Origin: an uncultured Gemmatimonadales bacterium
GTDB taxonomy: Bacteria; Gemmatimonadota; Gemmatimonadetes; Gemmatimonadales; GWC2-71-9
Reading direction: 5' to 3'
NCBI GenBank assembly: GCA_963777835.1
Contig: CAVZRK010000003.1
Location: forward strand, 43,429-107,428
DNA: 64,000 bases
Under the pieces are notes generated by a model that was given only the letters and a program-made list of their open reading frames with translations, made no database searches and was not told where the DNA came from. Both the position numbers and the translations under genes were made by a program. Below, in pieces: positions 34,942 through 45,179 of this stretch; the first letter of the stretch is position 1, and every line of letters begins with the position of its first letter.

Positions 34942-35247
34942 ATGATCGCAGGGCGTCGGTATTGGATCCTCATCTGGTACGGGTTCCTCCTCATCGGGGT
35001 GGCCGGCGCGGTGGCGTCGGTGTACTGGGCCCGCCGGAACCGGGCGCGCAACCTGGACGAGATACTCCGCGCCCTGGCCACCATCCTGCTGTCGGTCGGC
35101 ATGCTGCTCCTCCTGTACGGGGTGGCCGTCCTGCCTGGGCGGTTGCTGCTCGGGGTGGCGCTCGCGCTCTTCGTGGGGGCGTTCTGGGCCGGCCGGACTC
35201 CGCGGCGGCCCCCCCCTCCCGGCTCGGGACCCTCCCGGCTCCACTGA
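34942..35247 (+). CDS. Small hypothetical membrane protein
   Basis: AAGGAG SD and three hydrophobic segments. Confidence 0.6.
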   Translation: MIAGRRYWILIWYGFLLIGVAGAVASVYWARRNRARNLDEILRALATILLSVGMLLLLYGVAVLPGRLLLGVALALFVGAFWAGRTPRRPPPPGSGPSRLH

Positions 35248-35308
35248 TCCTCCTCACGCCCCGGCCCGTCCGGGGTTATTCTTTTTCGGTCACCTCCCCC
35301 GGGAATTC

Positions 35309-37770
35309 ATGCGAATCCGCTCCGCCGCCACGGCGCTCGCCGCCGCTCTCCTGATGTGCGCCAATCCCCTGCACGGGCAGCTGGGGCCCCCCTCGACGGG
35401 CGGGGCCGTGGCGGCGGAGCACGCCCGCCGGATGCTGGGGCACAACAAGCGGGTGCTGGTCATCGGCGCCCATCCGGACGACGAGGACACCGGCCTCATC
35501 ACGGTGCTGGTGCGCGGCGAGGGGGCGGTGACGGCCTATCTGTCGCTCAACCGGGGCGAAGGCGGCCAGAACCTCATCGGCCCCGAGCTGGGCGAGGCGC
35601 TTGGCCTCCTCCGCACGGAGGAGCTGCTGAGCGCCCGATCGCTCGACGGCGGCCGCCAGTACTTCACGCGGGCCTACGATTTCGGCTACTCCAAGACGCT
35701 CGACGACACGTGGCAGCACTGGCAGCGGGATTCGATCCTGAAGGACGTGGTCCGGGTCATCCGCCAATTTCAGCCGCAGGTCATCGTGTCGGTCTTCAGC
35801 GGCACGCCGGAGGACGGCCACGGCCAGCACCAGGCGGCGGGGTGGGCGGCGCAGGCGGGGTTCGAGGCGGCCGCGGACCCCTCGCGCTTCCCGGAACTGG
35901 CCCGCGAGGAGGGACTCCAGGCCTGGCGCGTCGACAAGTTCTACCGCGGGGCGCGCTTCACGCCGGTCCCGAACATGTTCACGATCCAGACCGGCGGACT
36001 CGACCCGGCGGTGGGGCAGTCGTATAACCAGATTGCCATGGCGAGCCGCAGCCGGCACCGGTCGCAGGACATGGGCGCGCTGCAGACCCCCGGTCCCGCC
36101 TCGACCCGGATCGCGCTGGTCACCGACCGCACGGGCGCCGGGGACACGCTCTGGGCGGGCGTCGATACGACGCTTTCGGCCGGGACCTCGGCGACGTCTC
36201 CCTCGGCGGCCCTGGTGGATCAGCAGTCATTCCGCTCCACGGCGCTCGCCAATGAGCGGGGGCTCGTGCTGGATGCCGTGGCGAGCACGGCCGACTTGGT
36301 GCCGGGCCAGTCTGTCGAAGTCACGCTGATGCTGTGGAACGCGGGCACGCGCCCGGTCAGGGCGAAGCTCGGCGTCCGGGGCGCCCAGGTGGTGCATCGC
36401 TCGCCGGAATCGGTGACGGTGGAACCCGGAGCGATGGCCACCGTCGTCGATACCGTCGAACTCCCGGCGACCGCCAGTACCGAGCCCTACTTCCTGCGCC
36501 TTCCGCGCCAGGGCGCCATGTACCGTTGGGGTGATTCGTTCACGGCCGGAGCACCTGCATCGCCTCCGCTGTTGACGGCCGAGGCCGAACTGGACGATGG
36601 AATCGAGCTGACCCGGGAAGTGACCTACCGCTGGCGGGACCCGGCCTACGGCGAGCGGCGCGAGCGGTTGCTCGTCGTGCCGCGCGTCGGCGTGCGGCTG
36701 GATCGCTCCATGATCGCCTGGCCGCTCGAGTCGCGGGAGCCGCGCACGGTCACCGTCACCCTCTCCCACGCCTCGTCCGACACCACCTCCGGCGCGGTCC
36801 AGCTCGAGGTGCCCGCCGGCTGGGCGGCGCCGCCCGCGCAGCCATTCCGGTTCACACGCAAGGGCGAGGAGGCGTCGTTCCGTTTCGTGCTGTCGCCGCC
36901 GGCCTCGCCCGCCGCCGGCTCGTTCGAGGTGCGCGCCATCGCGGTCGCGTCCGACGGCATGCGCTACGACGAGCGAGCCAGATCATCGCGTATCCGCACA
37001 TCGCCCGCCGGGCGATGAGCCGCCCAGCCGTCGGGACGATTCGGATGATGGACATCGCGGTGCCTTCGCTCCGGGCCGTGGGGTATGTCCGCGGCCCCGC
37101 GGACGGCGTGCCGGAAGCGCTCGCGGGTCTCGGCATCCCGGTGGTCGAACTCACGCCGGATTCCCTCGCGCGCGGCGACCTCTCGCGATTCGACGCCGTG
37201 GTGATCGGGAGCCGTGCCTACGAGACCGTGCCGGCGGTGCAGGAATTCAACTCCCGCCTCCTGGCGTACGCGCGCGCCGGCGGCCTCCTCCTCGTGCAGT
37301 ACCAACAGTACGAGTTCTTCGGCGGCAGCTTCGCCCCGTTCCCGATGACGCTCGGTGGCCAGTCGCTGGGGTCCTTCCTGTCGGGCAAGGCCACCATGCC
37401 GAAGCCGGGCGAGCGGCCGGACTCGCACGACCGCGTCACGGATCAGGGCGCGCCAGTGCGCATCGTCGATCCCTCGAGTCCCGTGGTGCATACGCCCAAC
37501 GCCATCGGCTCCGACGACTGGCAGGGGTGGGTCCAGGAGCGCGGGCTCTATTTTGCCCGCTCGTGGGCACCGGAATACCGGCCGGTACTCGAAATGCACG
37601 ACCCAGGCGAGCCGGCGCTGCGGGGAGGACTGCTGGTGGCCCCGGTCGGTCAGGGGACGTACGTGTACACCGGCATCGCGTTCTTCCGGGAGCTCCCCGC
37701 AGGCGTCCCCGGCGCCTACCGCCTCTTCATGAACCTGCTGGCCCTGCAGCCCGCAGGGGAGCATCCGTGA
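35309..37770 (+). CDS. PIG-L/LmbE family deacetylase with NEW3-like and C-terminal domains; frameshift near 36975
   Basis: GAHPDDED, RGEGGQN, RTEEL, DFGYSK and HGQHQ; the C-terminal WVQERGLYF and FFRELPAGVPGAYRL are in the next frame. Confidence 0.85.
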
Positions 37771-38816
37771 CGCGAGGCGACCGTCGGTGGGGCTTCGCCC
37801 TGCCGCTGTGTCTCCTCGCGCTGGCCGCGTGTGGGCGAGACGCGCGCACACCGGTGGTGGTGTACTCGCCGCACGGCCGCGACCAGCTCAAGCTGCTCGA
37901 GACGGCGTTCGAGCGGTGGCGGCCGGACATCGACATCAAGTGGCTCGACATGGGCAGCCAGGAGATCCTGGACCGGCTCCGGTTCGAGCGCGTCAACCCG
38001 CAGGCCGACGTCTGGTTCGGCGGGCCGACCACCATCTTCGACCGTGGCGTCGCCGACTCGCTGCTCGCGCCGTACACGCCGAGCTGGGCCGGGTCGGTCG
38101 GACCGGACGGCGTCGGGCCGGCGTCGCTCTACTGGCCGGTGTACCGCACGCCGGTGGTGATCGCCTTCAACAACCGGGCGGTCCCCGCGCCTGAGGCGCC
38201 GCAGGACTGGGACGAGATCCTGGCGCCGCGCTGGCACGACCTGGTGCTGATCCGCGACCCGATGGCCAGCGGGACGATGCGGGCCATCTGGGGCTACATC
38301 ATCGAGCGGAGCCTCCGGGAAACGGGGGACACCACGGCGGGGATGGCCTGGCTGCGCGCGCTGGACCGCAACACCAAGACGTACGCCCTGAATCCCGCCA
38401 TCCTCGACCAGAAACTGGCACGGGAAGAGGGAGTCGTGACGCTCTGGGACCTGCCGGACATCCTGATCAGCCAGGGGAAGGGGATGCCGTTCGGGTACCT
38501 CTTCCCGCGGAGCGGCACCGTCGTCATCGACGACGCGATCGCGCTGGTCACCGGCTCCCAGCACGCCGAGGCCGCGCAGGCCTTCATCGACTACGTCGGC
38601 GAGACGGAGGCGCTTCTGCTGGCCGCGCGCCAGGTGTACCGGCTGCCCGCCCGGCAGGACCTGCCGGTGGATTCCCTGCCGGCGTGGGTGGCCGAGGTGG
38701 ACCGCACCATGAAGGTGGTGCCGATGGACTGGCCGCTGCTCGCCCGGGAAGGCGCGGCGTGGATGAGTTACTGGGATCAGCATGTGCGGGGGACGGGGAA
38801 ACAGCTGAAGGACTGA
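37767..38816 (+). CDS. ABC transporter solute-binding lipoprotein (Fe3+/thiamine-type)
   Basis: LAAC lipobox, VVVYS, NPQADVWFGG, PQDW and DPMASGT. Confidence 0.85.
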   Translation: MTRGDRRWGFALPLCLLALAACGRDARTPVVVYSPHGRDQLKLLETAFERWRPDIDIKWLDMGSQEILDRLRFERVNPQADVWFGGPTTIFDRGVADSLLAPYTPSWAGSVGPDGVGPASLYWPVYRTPVVIAFNNRAVPAPEAPQDWDEILAPRWHDLVLIRDPMASGTMRAIWGYIIERSLRETGDTTAGMAWLRALDRNTKTYALNPAILDQKLAREEGVVTLWDLPDILISQGKGMPFGYLFPRSGTVVIDDAIALVTGSQHAEAAQAFIDYVGETEALLLAARQVYRLPARQDLPVDSLPAWVAEVDRTMKVVPMDWPLLAREGAAWMSYWDQHVRGTGKQLKD

Positions 38817-38838
38817 GGACTGGGGCAAAGGAGCGTGG

Positions 38839-39888
38839 GTGGCGTTTCTTGAGTTGAGCGGGCTGACCAAGAACTTCCAGAGCCAGCGGGCCGTCGACGG
38901 GCTGTCGCTGTCGCTGGAGCGCGGCGAGGTGCTCGCGCTCCTTGGGCCGAGCGGCAGCGGGAAGACCACGACGCTCCGGTTGCTCGCGGGGTTCGAATCG
39001 CCCGATGCGGGGACCGTCGTGCTCGACGGCCGGGACATGACGGCGCTGGCGCCGGTCGCGCGGCGCTTCGGCATGGTGTTCCAGCATTACGCCCTCTTCC
39101 CGCACCTCGATGTCGGCGCCAACGTCGCCTTCGGGCTGGAGAGCCGGGGCGTGAAAGGCGCGGAACTGTCTCGCCGGGTGGGCGACGCGCTCGCGCTGGT
39201 TGACCTGGTCGGCTTCGAGCGGCGGCCGGTGGCCAACCTGTCGGGCGGGCAGCAGCAGCGGGTGGCGCTGGCGCGGGCGCTCGCGCCGGAACCGAGCGTG
39301 CTGCTCCTCGACGAACCGCTCTCGAACCTCGACCCGGCGCTCCGGGAGCGCACTCGGCGCGAGTTGCGCGCGCTCGTGCACCGGCTGGGCATCACGGCGG
39401 TCGTGGTGACGCACGAGCAGGAGGACGCGTTCGACCTCGGCGACCGGATCGCGCTGCTGCGCCAGGGGCGACTCGAACAGCTGGGCACGGCGGACGAGCT
39501 CTACGCGACGCCCGCCACCGCGTTCGTGGCGGCGTTCATCGGCCGGGCGAGCGAGGTCCCGGCGACGATCCTGAGCGACCGGGAGGCCCGGGTCGAGTCG
39601 GTCACCTGGCCGATCCGCTGGGGTGGACCCGGCGCTCCGGTGTCGGGCGCGCCGGGCCGATTGCTGGCGCGGCCCGAGGGGCTCCGCCTTGCCGATGCGG
39701 CTCCCTCCCGCCTGGCCGGCGTCGTGACCGGGCGGCGCTTCACCGGCGCGGTGGCGTACTTCTCCGTCGAGACGTCCACCGGGTTGGCGTTCGAGATCGC
39801 GGGGACCCCGGCGGCGGCGCGCGAGGGCGATACGGTCGGAATCGAAGCGTCGGGCGCTGGCCTCCATCTTTACCCGGCGGCAGGATGA
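38839..39888 (+). CDS. ABC transporter ATP-binding protein (PotA/FbpC-like)
   Basis: GPSGSGKTT, MVFQHYALFPH, LSGGQQQRVA and LLLDEPLSNLD. Confidence 0.92.
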   Translation: MAFLELSGLTKNFQSQRAVDGLSLSLERGEVLALLGPSGSGKTTTLRLLAGFESPDAGTVVLDGRDMTALAPVARRFGMVFQHYALFPHLDVGANVAFGLESRGVKGAELSRRVGDALALVDLVGFERRPVANLSGGQQQRVALARALAPEPSVLLLDEPLSNLDPALRERTRRELRALVHRLGITAVVVTHEQEDAFDLGDRIALLRQGRLEQLGTADELYATPATAFVAAFIGRASEVPATILSDREARVESVTWPIRWGGPGAPVSGAPGRLLARPEGLRLADAAPSRLAGVVTGRRFTGAVAYFSVETSTGLAFEIAGTPAAAREGDTVGIEASGAGLHLYPAAG

Positions 39889-41543
39889 CGAACGCGCGGC
39901 GCGCCGGCTGGTTGGGCTGGCTGTTGGTGGCGGTGCTGGTGTGGCTGGTGGCCTACCCGCTCGCGCTGGTGCTGGTCGAGGGGGTCCGCGGCTCGGCGGG
40001 ATGGACGCTCGACGAGGTGCGCCGCTTTGCCGGCCGTTCCACCGAGTGGCAGGCGCTGTGGGCGACGCTCTGGCTCTCGACGGCCAGCGTGGTGCTGGCC
40101 GGCGCCATCGGGGTGCCGCTCGCCTTTCTCTTCGAGCGAGTGGATTTCCCCGGACGCAAGGTACTCGGGACCCTGGTGGCGTTGCCGGCGGTGCTGCCGC
40201 CGCTGGTCGGTGTGGTGGCGTTCCTCTTCCTCTACGGCGAGACCGGCTTCATCGGCCGCTTCGTGCAGTACCTCTTCGGGCTCGAGAACCCGCCGTGGCG
40301 CCTGGCGGGGCCCGGGGCCATCCTCCTGGTGCACGCCTACTCGATGTACGTGTACTTCTATCTCTTCTGCCGGGCCGCCCTGTCCCGGCTGGACGGCGCC
40401 ATGCTCGAGGCCGCGTCCGCACTTGGCGCGGGGCGCTGGCGGACGCTCGTGCACGTGATCCTGCCGCACCTCCGGCCCGCCATCGCCGGGGCAGCGCTCC
40501 TCACCTTCATGACCTCGCTCGCCTCGTTCAGCGCCCCGTACATCTTTGGCGGCGGCTATCGCGTCATGACGACGCAGATCGTCTTCACCCGCCTCAACGG
40601 CGACGACCGGCTCGCCATGGTCGAGACCGCGGCGCTGATGCTGCTGGCGCTGGCCGCGATGGCGCTCTTCCGCCGCGCCGACCCCGGCGGCTCGCTCGCG
40701 GGGGTCGGCAAGGGCACCGCCCCGTCGCTCGCCCGCGCGGGCAGCGCGCGCGCGCGCGCCGGCATCGCGGCCGCCTCCTGGCTGCTCGCGGTGATCCTCC
40801 TGCTCCCGCACCTGACGCTGCTGCTGGTCTCGTTCGTCCCCATTGGCACGTGGACGACCGAGCCGTGGCCTCCGGAATTCTCCCCAGGCAACTACGCCGC
40901 CCTCTTCGCGGAGCCGGAGCGGTTCCGCCCGCTGGTCAACAGCCTCTGGATGGCGAGCGTGGCCACCGCCGCCGCCGTCGGCATCGCGCTGGCCGCCGGG
41001 TCGCTGGTGGTGCGGCGGCGGGTCTCCGCCGGCCGCCTCATCGAGGGGCTGCTTGGCCTGCCGTGGGCGGTGCCGGGGACGGTGTTCGCCATCGCGCTGG
41101 CGGCGCTGTTCAGCGTGTACTCGCCGCTGACGCTTCGCACTGTCCTGGTCGGCACCGCCTGGATCCTGCCGCTGGCCTACCTGATCCGGAACCTGCCGAT
41201 CACCGGCCGCTCGGTGCTGGCGGGTTTCCGCCAGCTCGACCCCGCGCTCGAGGAGGCGGCCGCCTCGCTGGGGGCCGGCCGGATGCGGACCCTCCGGCGG
41301 ATCGTGCTGCCCGGCCTGGCGCCGGCGCTGGTGGCGGGGGCCACGCTGGCCTTCGTCACTTCGCTCGGGGACTTCGTCACCTCGATCATGCTCTACACCT
41401 ATGACACCCGCCCGATCTCGCTCGAGATTCTCGGCAGTCTCCGGCAGGGCGACATGGGCGTCGCCGCCGCCTACGGCGTCCTGCTGATGATCGCGAGCGC
41501 CATGGTCTTCGCGCTGGGTTCGCGCGGGGAGGCCCGTCCGTGA
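39885..41543 (+). CDS. ABC transporter permease, fused double domain (FbpB-like)
   Basis: Two EAA motifs (LEAASALGA, LEEAAASLGA). Confidence 0.9.
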   Translation: MTNARRAGWLGWLLVAVLVWLVAYPLALVLVEGVRGSAGWTLDEVRRFAGRSTEWQALWATLWLSTASVVLAGAIGVPLAFLFERVDFPGRKVLGTLVALPAVLPPLVGVVAFLFLYGETGFIGRFVQYLFGLENPPWRLAGPGAILLVHAYSMYVYFYLFCRAALSRLDGAMLEAASALGAGRWRTLVHVILPHLRPAIAGAALLTFMTSLASFSAPYIFGGGYRVMTTQIVFTRLNGDDRLAMVETAALMLLALAAMALFRRADPGGSLAGVGKGTAPSLARAGSARARAGIAAASWLLAVILLLPHLTLLLVSFVPIGTWTTEPWPPEFSPGNYAALFAEPERFRPLVNSLWMASVATAAAVGIALAAGSLVVRRRVSAGRLIEGLLGLPWAVPGTVFAIALAALFSVYSPLTLRTVLVGTAWILPLAYLIRNLPITGRSVLAGFRQLDPALEEAAASLGAGRMRTLRRIVLPGLAPALVAGATLAFVTSLGDFVTSIMLYTYDTRPISLEILGSLRQGDMGVAAAYGVLLMIASAMVFALGSRGEARP

Positions 41544-42754
41544 GCCGCTCGTCCTCGCCCCCGCTCGACAAGAACGACCTCCGGAAGCTGCTGGTGCTGA
41601 TCGCCGCGAGCGCCGTGGACATGATCGGCTTCGCGATCGTGCTGCCGCTCCTGCCGTTCTATGCCGAGAACCTCGACGCGACGCCCAAGACGATCGGGTG
41701 GATCATCGCCTCGTTCTCGATCGCGCAGCTGATTTCCGCGCCGCTCTGGGGCCGGGTCTCCGACCGCTACGGCCGGCGCCCCGCGCTCCTGATCGGGCTG
41801 TCGGCGTCCGCGGTGGCGTATGTGGCGTTCGGACTGGCCAACACGGTGGCCTGGCTCTTCCTCTCCCGGATCATCCAGGGCGCCGGCGGCGGGACTACCG
41901 GTGTGGCGCAGGCCTACGTGGCCGACTCGATCCCGGCGGCGGGGCGCGCGCGCGCCCTCGGGTGGCTCTCGGCGGCCACCTCGCTCGGCGTGATGATCGG
42001 TCCGGTGGTCGGATCGCTGGCCGCCCACTGGGGACGGGCGGCCCCGGGGTTCGTGGCGGCAGGGCTCTGCCTGGCCAACGTCGTCTTCGCCTGGCGCTTC
42101 CTGCCTGAGAGCCGGCGCGCGGGCGAGCACGCCCCGACGCGGAAGCCGGTCTGGCACGCGGCGTGGCAGGTGTTCCGCAGCCCCGGCACCACCGTGGCCC
42201 GGCTGGTCTGGATCTACGCGGTGGGGATGCTCGCCTTCACCTGCCTGACCTCCGTCCTTCCGCTCTTCCTGGGCGCCGAGTACGGGGTGACAGAGAAGAC
42301 GATCGGGTATTTCTTTCTCTACGTCGGCGCCCTGTCGCTCGTGATGCGATCCATCTTCCTCGGCCCGATCGTGGACCGGATCGGCGAGGCGTGGGCCATG
42401 CGCATCGGGTGCGCGTGCCTCATCCTCGGGCTCCTGCTGTACCCGGCGATGTCGAGCCTGTGGGGCCTCGCGCTCATCATTCCGTTCGTGCCGATCGGGA
42501 CCGCGCTGCTGTTTCCGTCCACGACGGCCTTGATGTCGCATGCCGCCCAGAAATCGGAACTGGGAACGGTGATGGGCTCCGCACAGACGTTCGCGGGCAT
42601 CGCGCGGGTGGTGGCGCCGATCCTGGCCACGCGCGCCTTCCAGGACTGGGGTCACGACTGGCCCTTCTACATGGCGGCGGCCACCGTGGCCCTCGTCAGC
42701 ATCCTCGCCTTCCGGCTCGGCCCCGTGGCCGACCCCAATCCGACAGGCACCTGA
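41540..42754 (+). CDS. MFS transporter (TetA/DHA1-like)
   Basis: DMIGFAIVLPLLP and motif A GRVSDRYGRRP. Confidence 0.9.
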   Translation: MSRSSSPPLDKNDLRKLLVLIAASAVDMIGFAIVLPLLPFYAENLDATPKTIGWIIASFSIAQLISAPLWGRVSDRYGRRPALLIGLSASAVAYVAFGLANTVAWLFLSRIIQGAGGGTTGVAQAYVADSIPAAGRARALGWLSAATSLGVMIGPVVGSLAAHWGRAAPGFVAAGLCLANVVFAWRFLPESRRAGEHAPTRKPVWHAAWQVFRSPGTTVARLVWIYAVGMLAFTCLTSVLPLFLGAEYGVTEKTIGYFFLYVGALSLVMRSIFLGPIVDRIGEAWAMRIGCACLILGLLLYPAMSSLWGLALIIPFVPIGTALLFPSTTALMSHAAQKSELGTVMGSAQTFAGIARVVAPILATRAFQDWGHDWPFYMAAATVALVSILAFRLGPVADPNPTGT

Positions 42755-44487
42755 TGTCCGACCGAGCCATGACGCTCCCGATCCTCCCCGACTCTCCCGC
42801 GGCGTTCGCCGACGCCCGCTTGGAGGACATCCTGCCGTGGTACGAGGCGCTGGCCGCCGTGCCGCTCGACACCCCCGCCGCGGTGGGTCCCTGGCTGGCG
42901 GCCTGGTCCCGTCTCGAGGAACTCGTCACCGAGGCGGCAGCCGAGGCGATGATCGCCTACACCGCCGACACCCGGGACCCGGCGCGGGAAGCGGCGCACC
43001 TTCGGTTTTCGGCGGAGATCTTTCCGCAGCTGGAGGAGCAGGGAGTGCGGCTCGCCCGGCGGCTCGTCGCGACTGGCTTCACGCGCCCCGATCTCGAGGT
43101 GGTCCTGCGACGCTTCCGCTCGGGCATCGAGATCTTTCGCGAGGAAAACCTCCCGCTCTTCAGCGAGCTCGAGGAATTGTCGGCCAGCTACCAGCGCCTG
43201 ACCGGCGGCATCACCGTCGAGTGGGAGGGCGAGACGCGCACCCTTCCGCAACTCGGTCCCTTCCTCAAGAGCCCGGACCGTGCGGTGCGGGAGCGGGCCT
43301 TCCGCGCGATGGGCGCCCCGTACGTCGCCATGCGGGACCAGCTCGCCGGGCTCTTCGACGAGATGTACTCCCGCCGCCAGCGGGTGGCGAAGAACGCGGG
43401 GTTCGCCGATTTCGAGGCCTACAGCTTCGCCGCCAAGTGTCGATTCGACTACACCCCGGACGACGTCACTCGCTTTCACGAGGCGGTGGAGGCGGAGGTG
43501 GTCCCGGCGGTGACGCGGATACTGGAGCTGCGGAAGCAGGCGCTCGGCCTCGACGTCCTCCGCCCCTGGGATCTCGATGTGGACCCGGCCAGCCGGCCCC
43601 CGCTCCGGCCGTTCCGCGACGCCGCCGAGCTCGTCGAGAAGGCCTCCCGCGTCTTCCACGCCGTGGCCCCGGAGCTGGGCGCCGAGTTCGACCTGATGCG
43701 CGGCGAGCGTCTCCTCGACCTGGAGAGCAGGGCGGGGAAGGCTCCCGGCGGCTACTGCGAGACGCTGCACTTCCGCGGGCGCCCCTATATCCACATGAAC
43801 GCCGTGGGCCTGCTCGACGACGTGAACACCCTGCTGCACGAGTCGGGGCATTCCTTCCATGCGTTCGCCTCCCACCGCCAGCCGCTGCTCTGGCAGCGGC
43901 ATGTCGGCGCGGAGTCGGCCGAGCTGGCGTCCATGTCCATGGAGCTGCTGGCGGCGCCCTACCTGGCGGCGCCGGGTGGCATGGCGTCGGAGGAGGAACT
44001 CCGGCTGGCGCGCATCGAACACCTCGAGGAAGTGCTCATGACGCTGACGCACATGGCCGCGGTGGACGCCTTCCAGCGCTGGATCTACACCAGCGGGCAG
44101 GGGGGTGATGCGACCGCCCGGGACCAGGCGTGGCTCCGGATCCGGGACCGCTTCCAGGCGGGGGTGGACTGGTCGGGCCTCGACGACGACCGCATCGCGC
44201 GGTGGTACCGTCAGTTGCACATCTTCCTCTACCCGTTCTACTACATCGAGTACGGTCTGGCGCAGCTCGGCGCGCTGCAGATCTGGCGACGGAGCCAGAC
44301 GGACCAGGCGGCCGCGGTCCGGGACTACCGGGAGGCGCTGGCGCTCGGCTGCACCGTGTCGCTCCCGGCCATGTACGCCAGGGCGGGTGCGAAGTTCGGG
44401 GCGGACCGGGCGCTGATCGGCGAGCTGGTGGCGCTGGTCGAGGGGGAACTCGCCCGCCTGCGGGCGGGCGGAGGCCCTGTTGCTTAA
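42754..44487 (+). CDS. M3 family oligoendopeptidase
   Basis: [28 protein letters not shown] and [11 protein letters not shown]. Confidence 0.92.
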   Translation: MSDRAMTLPILPDSPAAFADARLEDILPWYEALAAVPLDTPAAVGPWLAAWSRLEELVTEAAAEAMIAYTADTRDPAREAAHLRFSAEIFPQLEEQGVRLARRLVATGFTRPDLEVVLRRFRSGIEIFREENLPLFSELEELSASYQRLTGGITVEWEGETRTLPQLGPFLKSPDRAVRERAFRAMGAPYVAMRDQLAGLFDEMYSRRQRVAKNAGFADFEAYSFAAKCRFDYTPDDVTRFHEAVEAEVVPAVTRILELRKQALGLDVLRPWDLDVDPASRPPLRPFRDAAELVEKASRVFHAVAPELGAEFDLMRGERLLDLESRAGKAPGGYCETLHFRGRPYIHMNAVGLLDDVNTLLHESGHSFHAFASHRQPLLWQRHVGAESAELASMSMELLAAPYLAAPGGMASEEELRLARIEHLEEVLMTLTHMAAVDAFQRWIYTSGQGGDATARDQAWLRIRDRFQAGVDWSGLDDDRIARWYRQLHIFLYPFYYIEYGLAQLGALQIWRRSQTDQAAAVRDYREALALGCTVSLPAMYARAGAKFGADRALIGELVALVEGELARLRAGGGPVA

Positions 44488-44572
44488 AGGCGTCCGCGGG
44501 GCAAGATTCCCCGCGGTGCTGGAGCGGCCCGGACGTCCGGCCGTGGTGTATCCCTACTGTGGAGTGGCCTGG

Positions 44573-44791
44573 ATGGCGAAAGAAGAAGGCATCGAGATGG
44601 AAGGGGTGGTGACGGAAGTCCTGCCCGACCGGAACTACCGCGTGTTGCTGGAAAACGGACACTCGATCCTGGCGTACGCCGCCGGCAAGATGAGCAAGTT
44701 CAAGATCCGGGTGCTGGAGGGAGACCGGGTCAGCGTGGTCCTTTCGCCCTACGACCTCACCCGGGGCCGGGTCACGTACCGCCACAAGTAG
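44573..44791 (+). CDS. infA: Translation initiation factor IF-1
   Basis: [28 protein letters not shown]. Confidence 0.96.
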   Translation: MAKEEGIEMEGVVTEVLPDRNYRVLLENGHSILAYAAGKMSKFKIRVLEGDRVSVVLSPYDLTRGRVTYRHK

Positions 44792-44818
44792 CACCGCCTC
44801 CCAGGCGTTTGAATGCGA

Positions 44819-44846
44819 AACGGGCCGCTCTTTCGAGCGGCCCGTT
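44819..44846. terminator. Bidirectional terminator between infA and csp
   Basis: AACGGGCCGCTC-TTTC-GAGCGGCCCGTT. Confidence 0.7.
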
Positions 44847-44869
44847 CGCGTTCGTCAGGCAGTGAATCC

Positions 44870-45079
44870 TCAGACCTTGACGACGTTCTCCGCCGCCGGA
44901 CCCTTGGCGCCCTGCACGATGTCGAATTCGACCTTGTCGCCTTCGGCGAGGCTGCGGAAGCCTTCAGCCGAGATGGCCGTGTGATGGACGAAGCAGTCCT
45001 TTTCGCCGCCTTCAGGGGTGATGAAGCCGAAGCCCTTCGCGTCGTTGAACCACTTCACGGTGCCGGTTGTGCGTGCCAT
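44870..45079 (-). CDS. cspA: Cold-shock protein
   Basis: [22 protein letters not shown] and KGPAAENV. Confidence 0.95.
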   Translation of the reverse strand: MARTTGTVKWFNDAKGFGFITPEGGEKDCFVHHTAISAEGFRSLAEGDKVEFDIVQGAKGPAAENVVKV

Positions 45080-45179
45080 GAGTCCAAACTCCAGTGTGGT
45101 GTGTCCATGCGCCCGGACGGGATGTCCCGGGCGGATTGCCGGTGTGGCCCGGACAATTTCCCGTCAATGCCCTGGCAAG

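Noticed and set aside
38808-38826. (AGGACTG)x2 short tandem at the solute-binding gene stop
   Set aside because: Too short to distinguish from chance.
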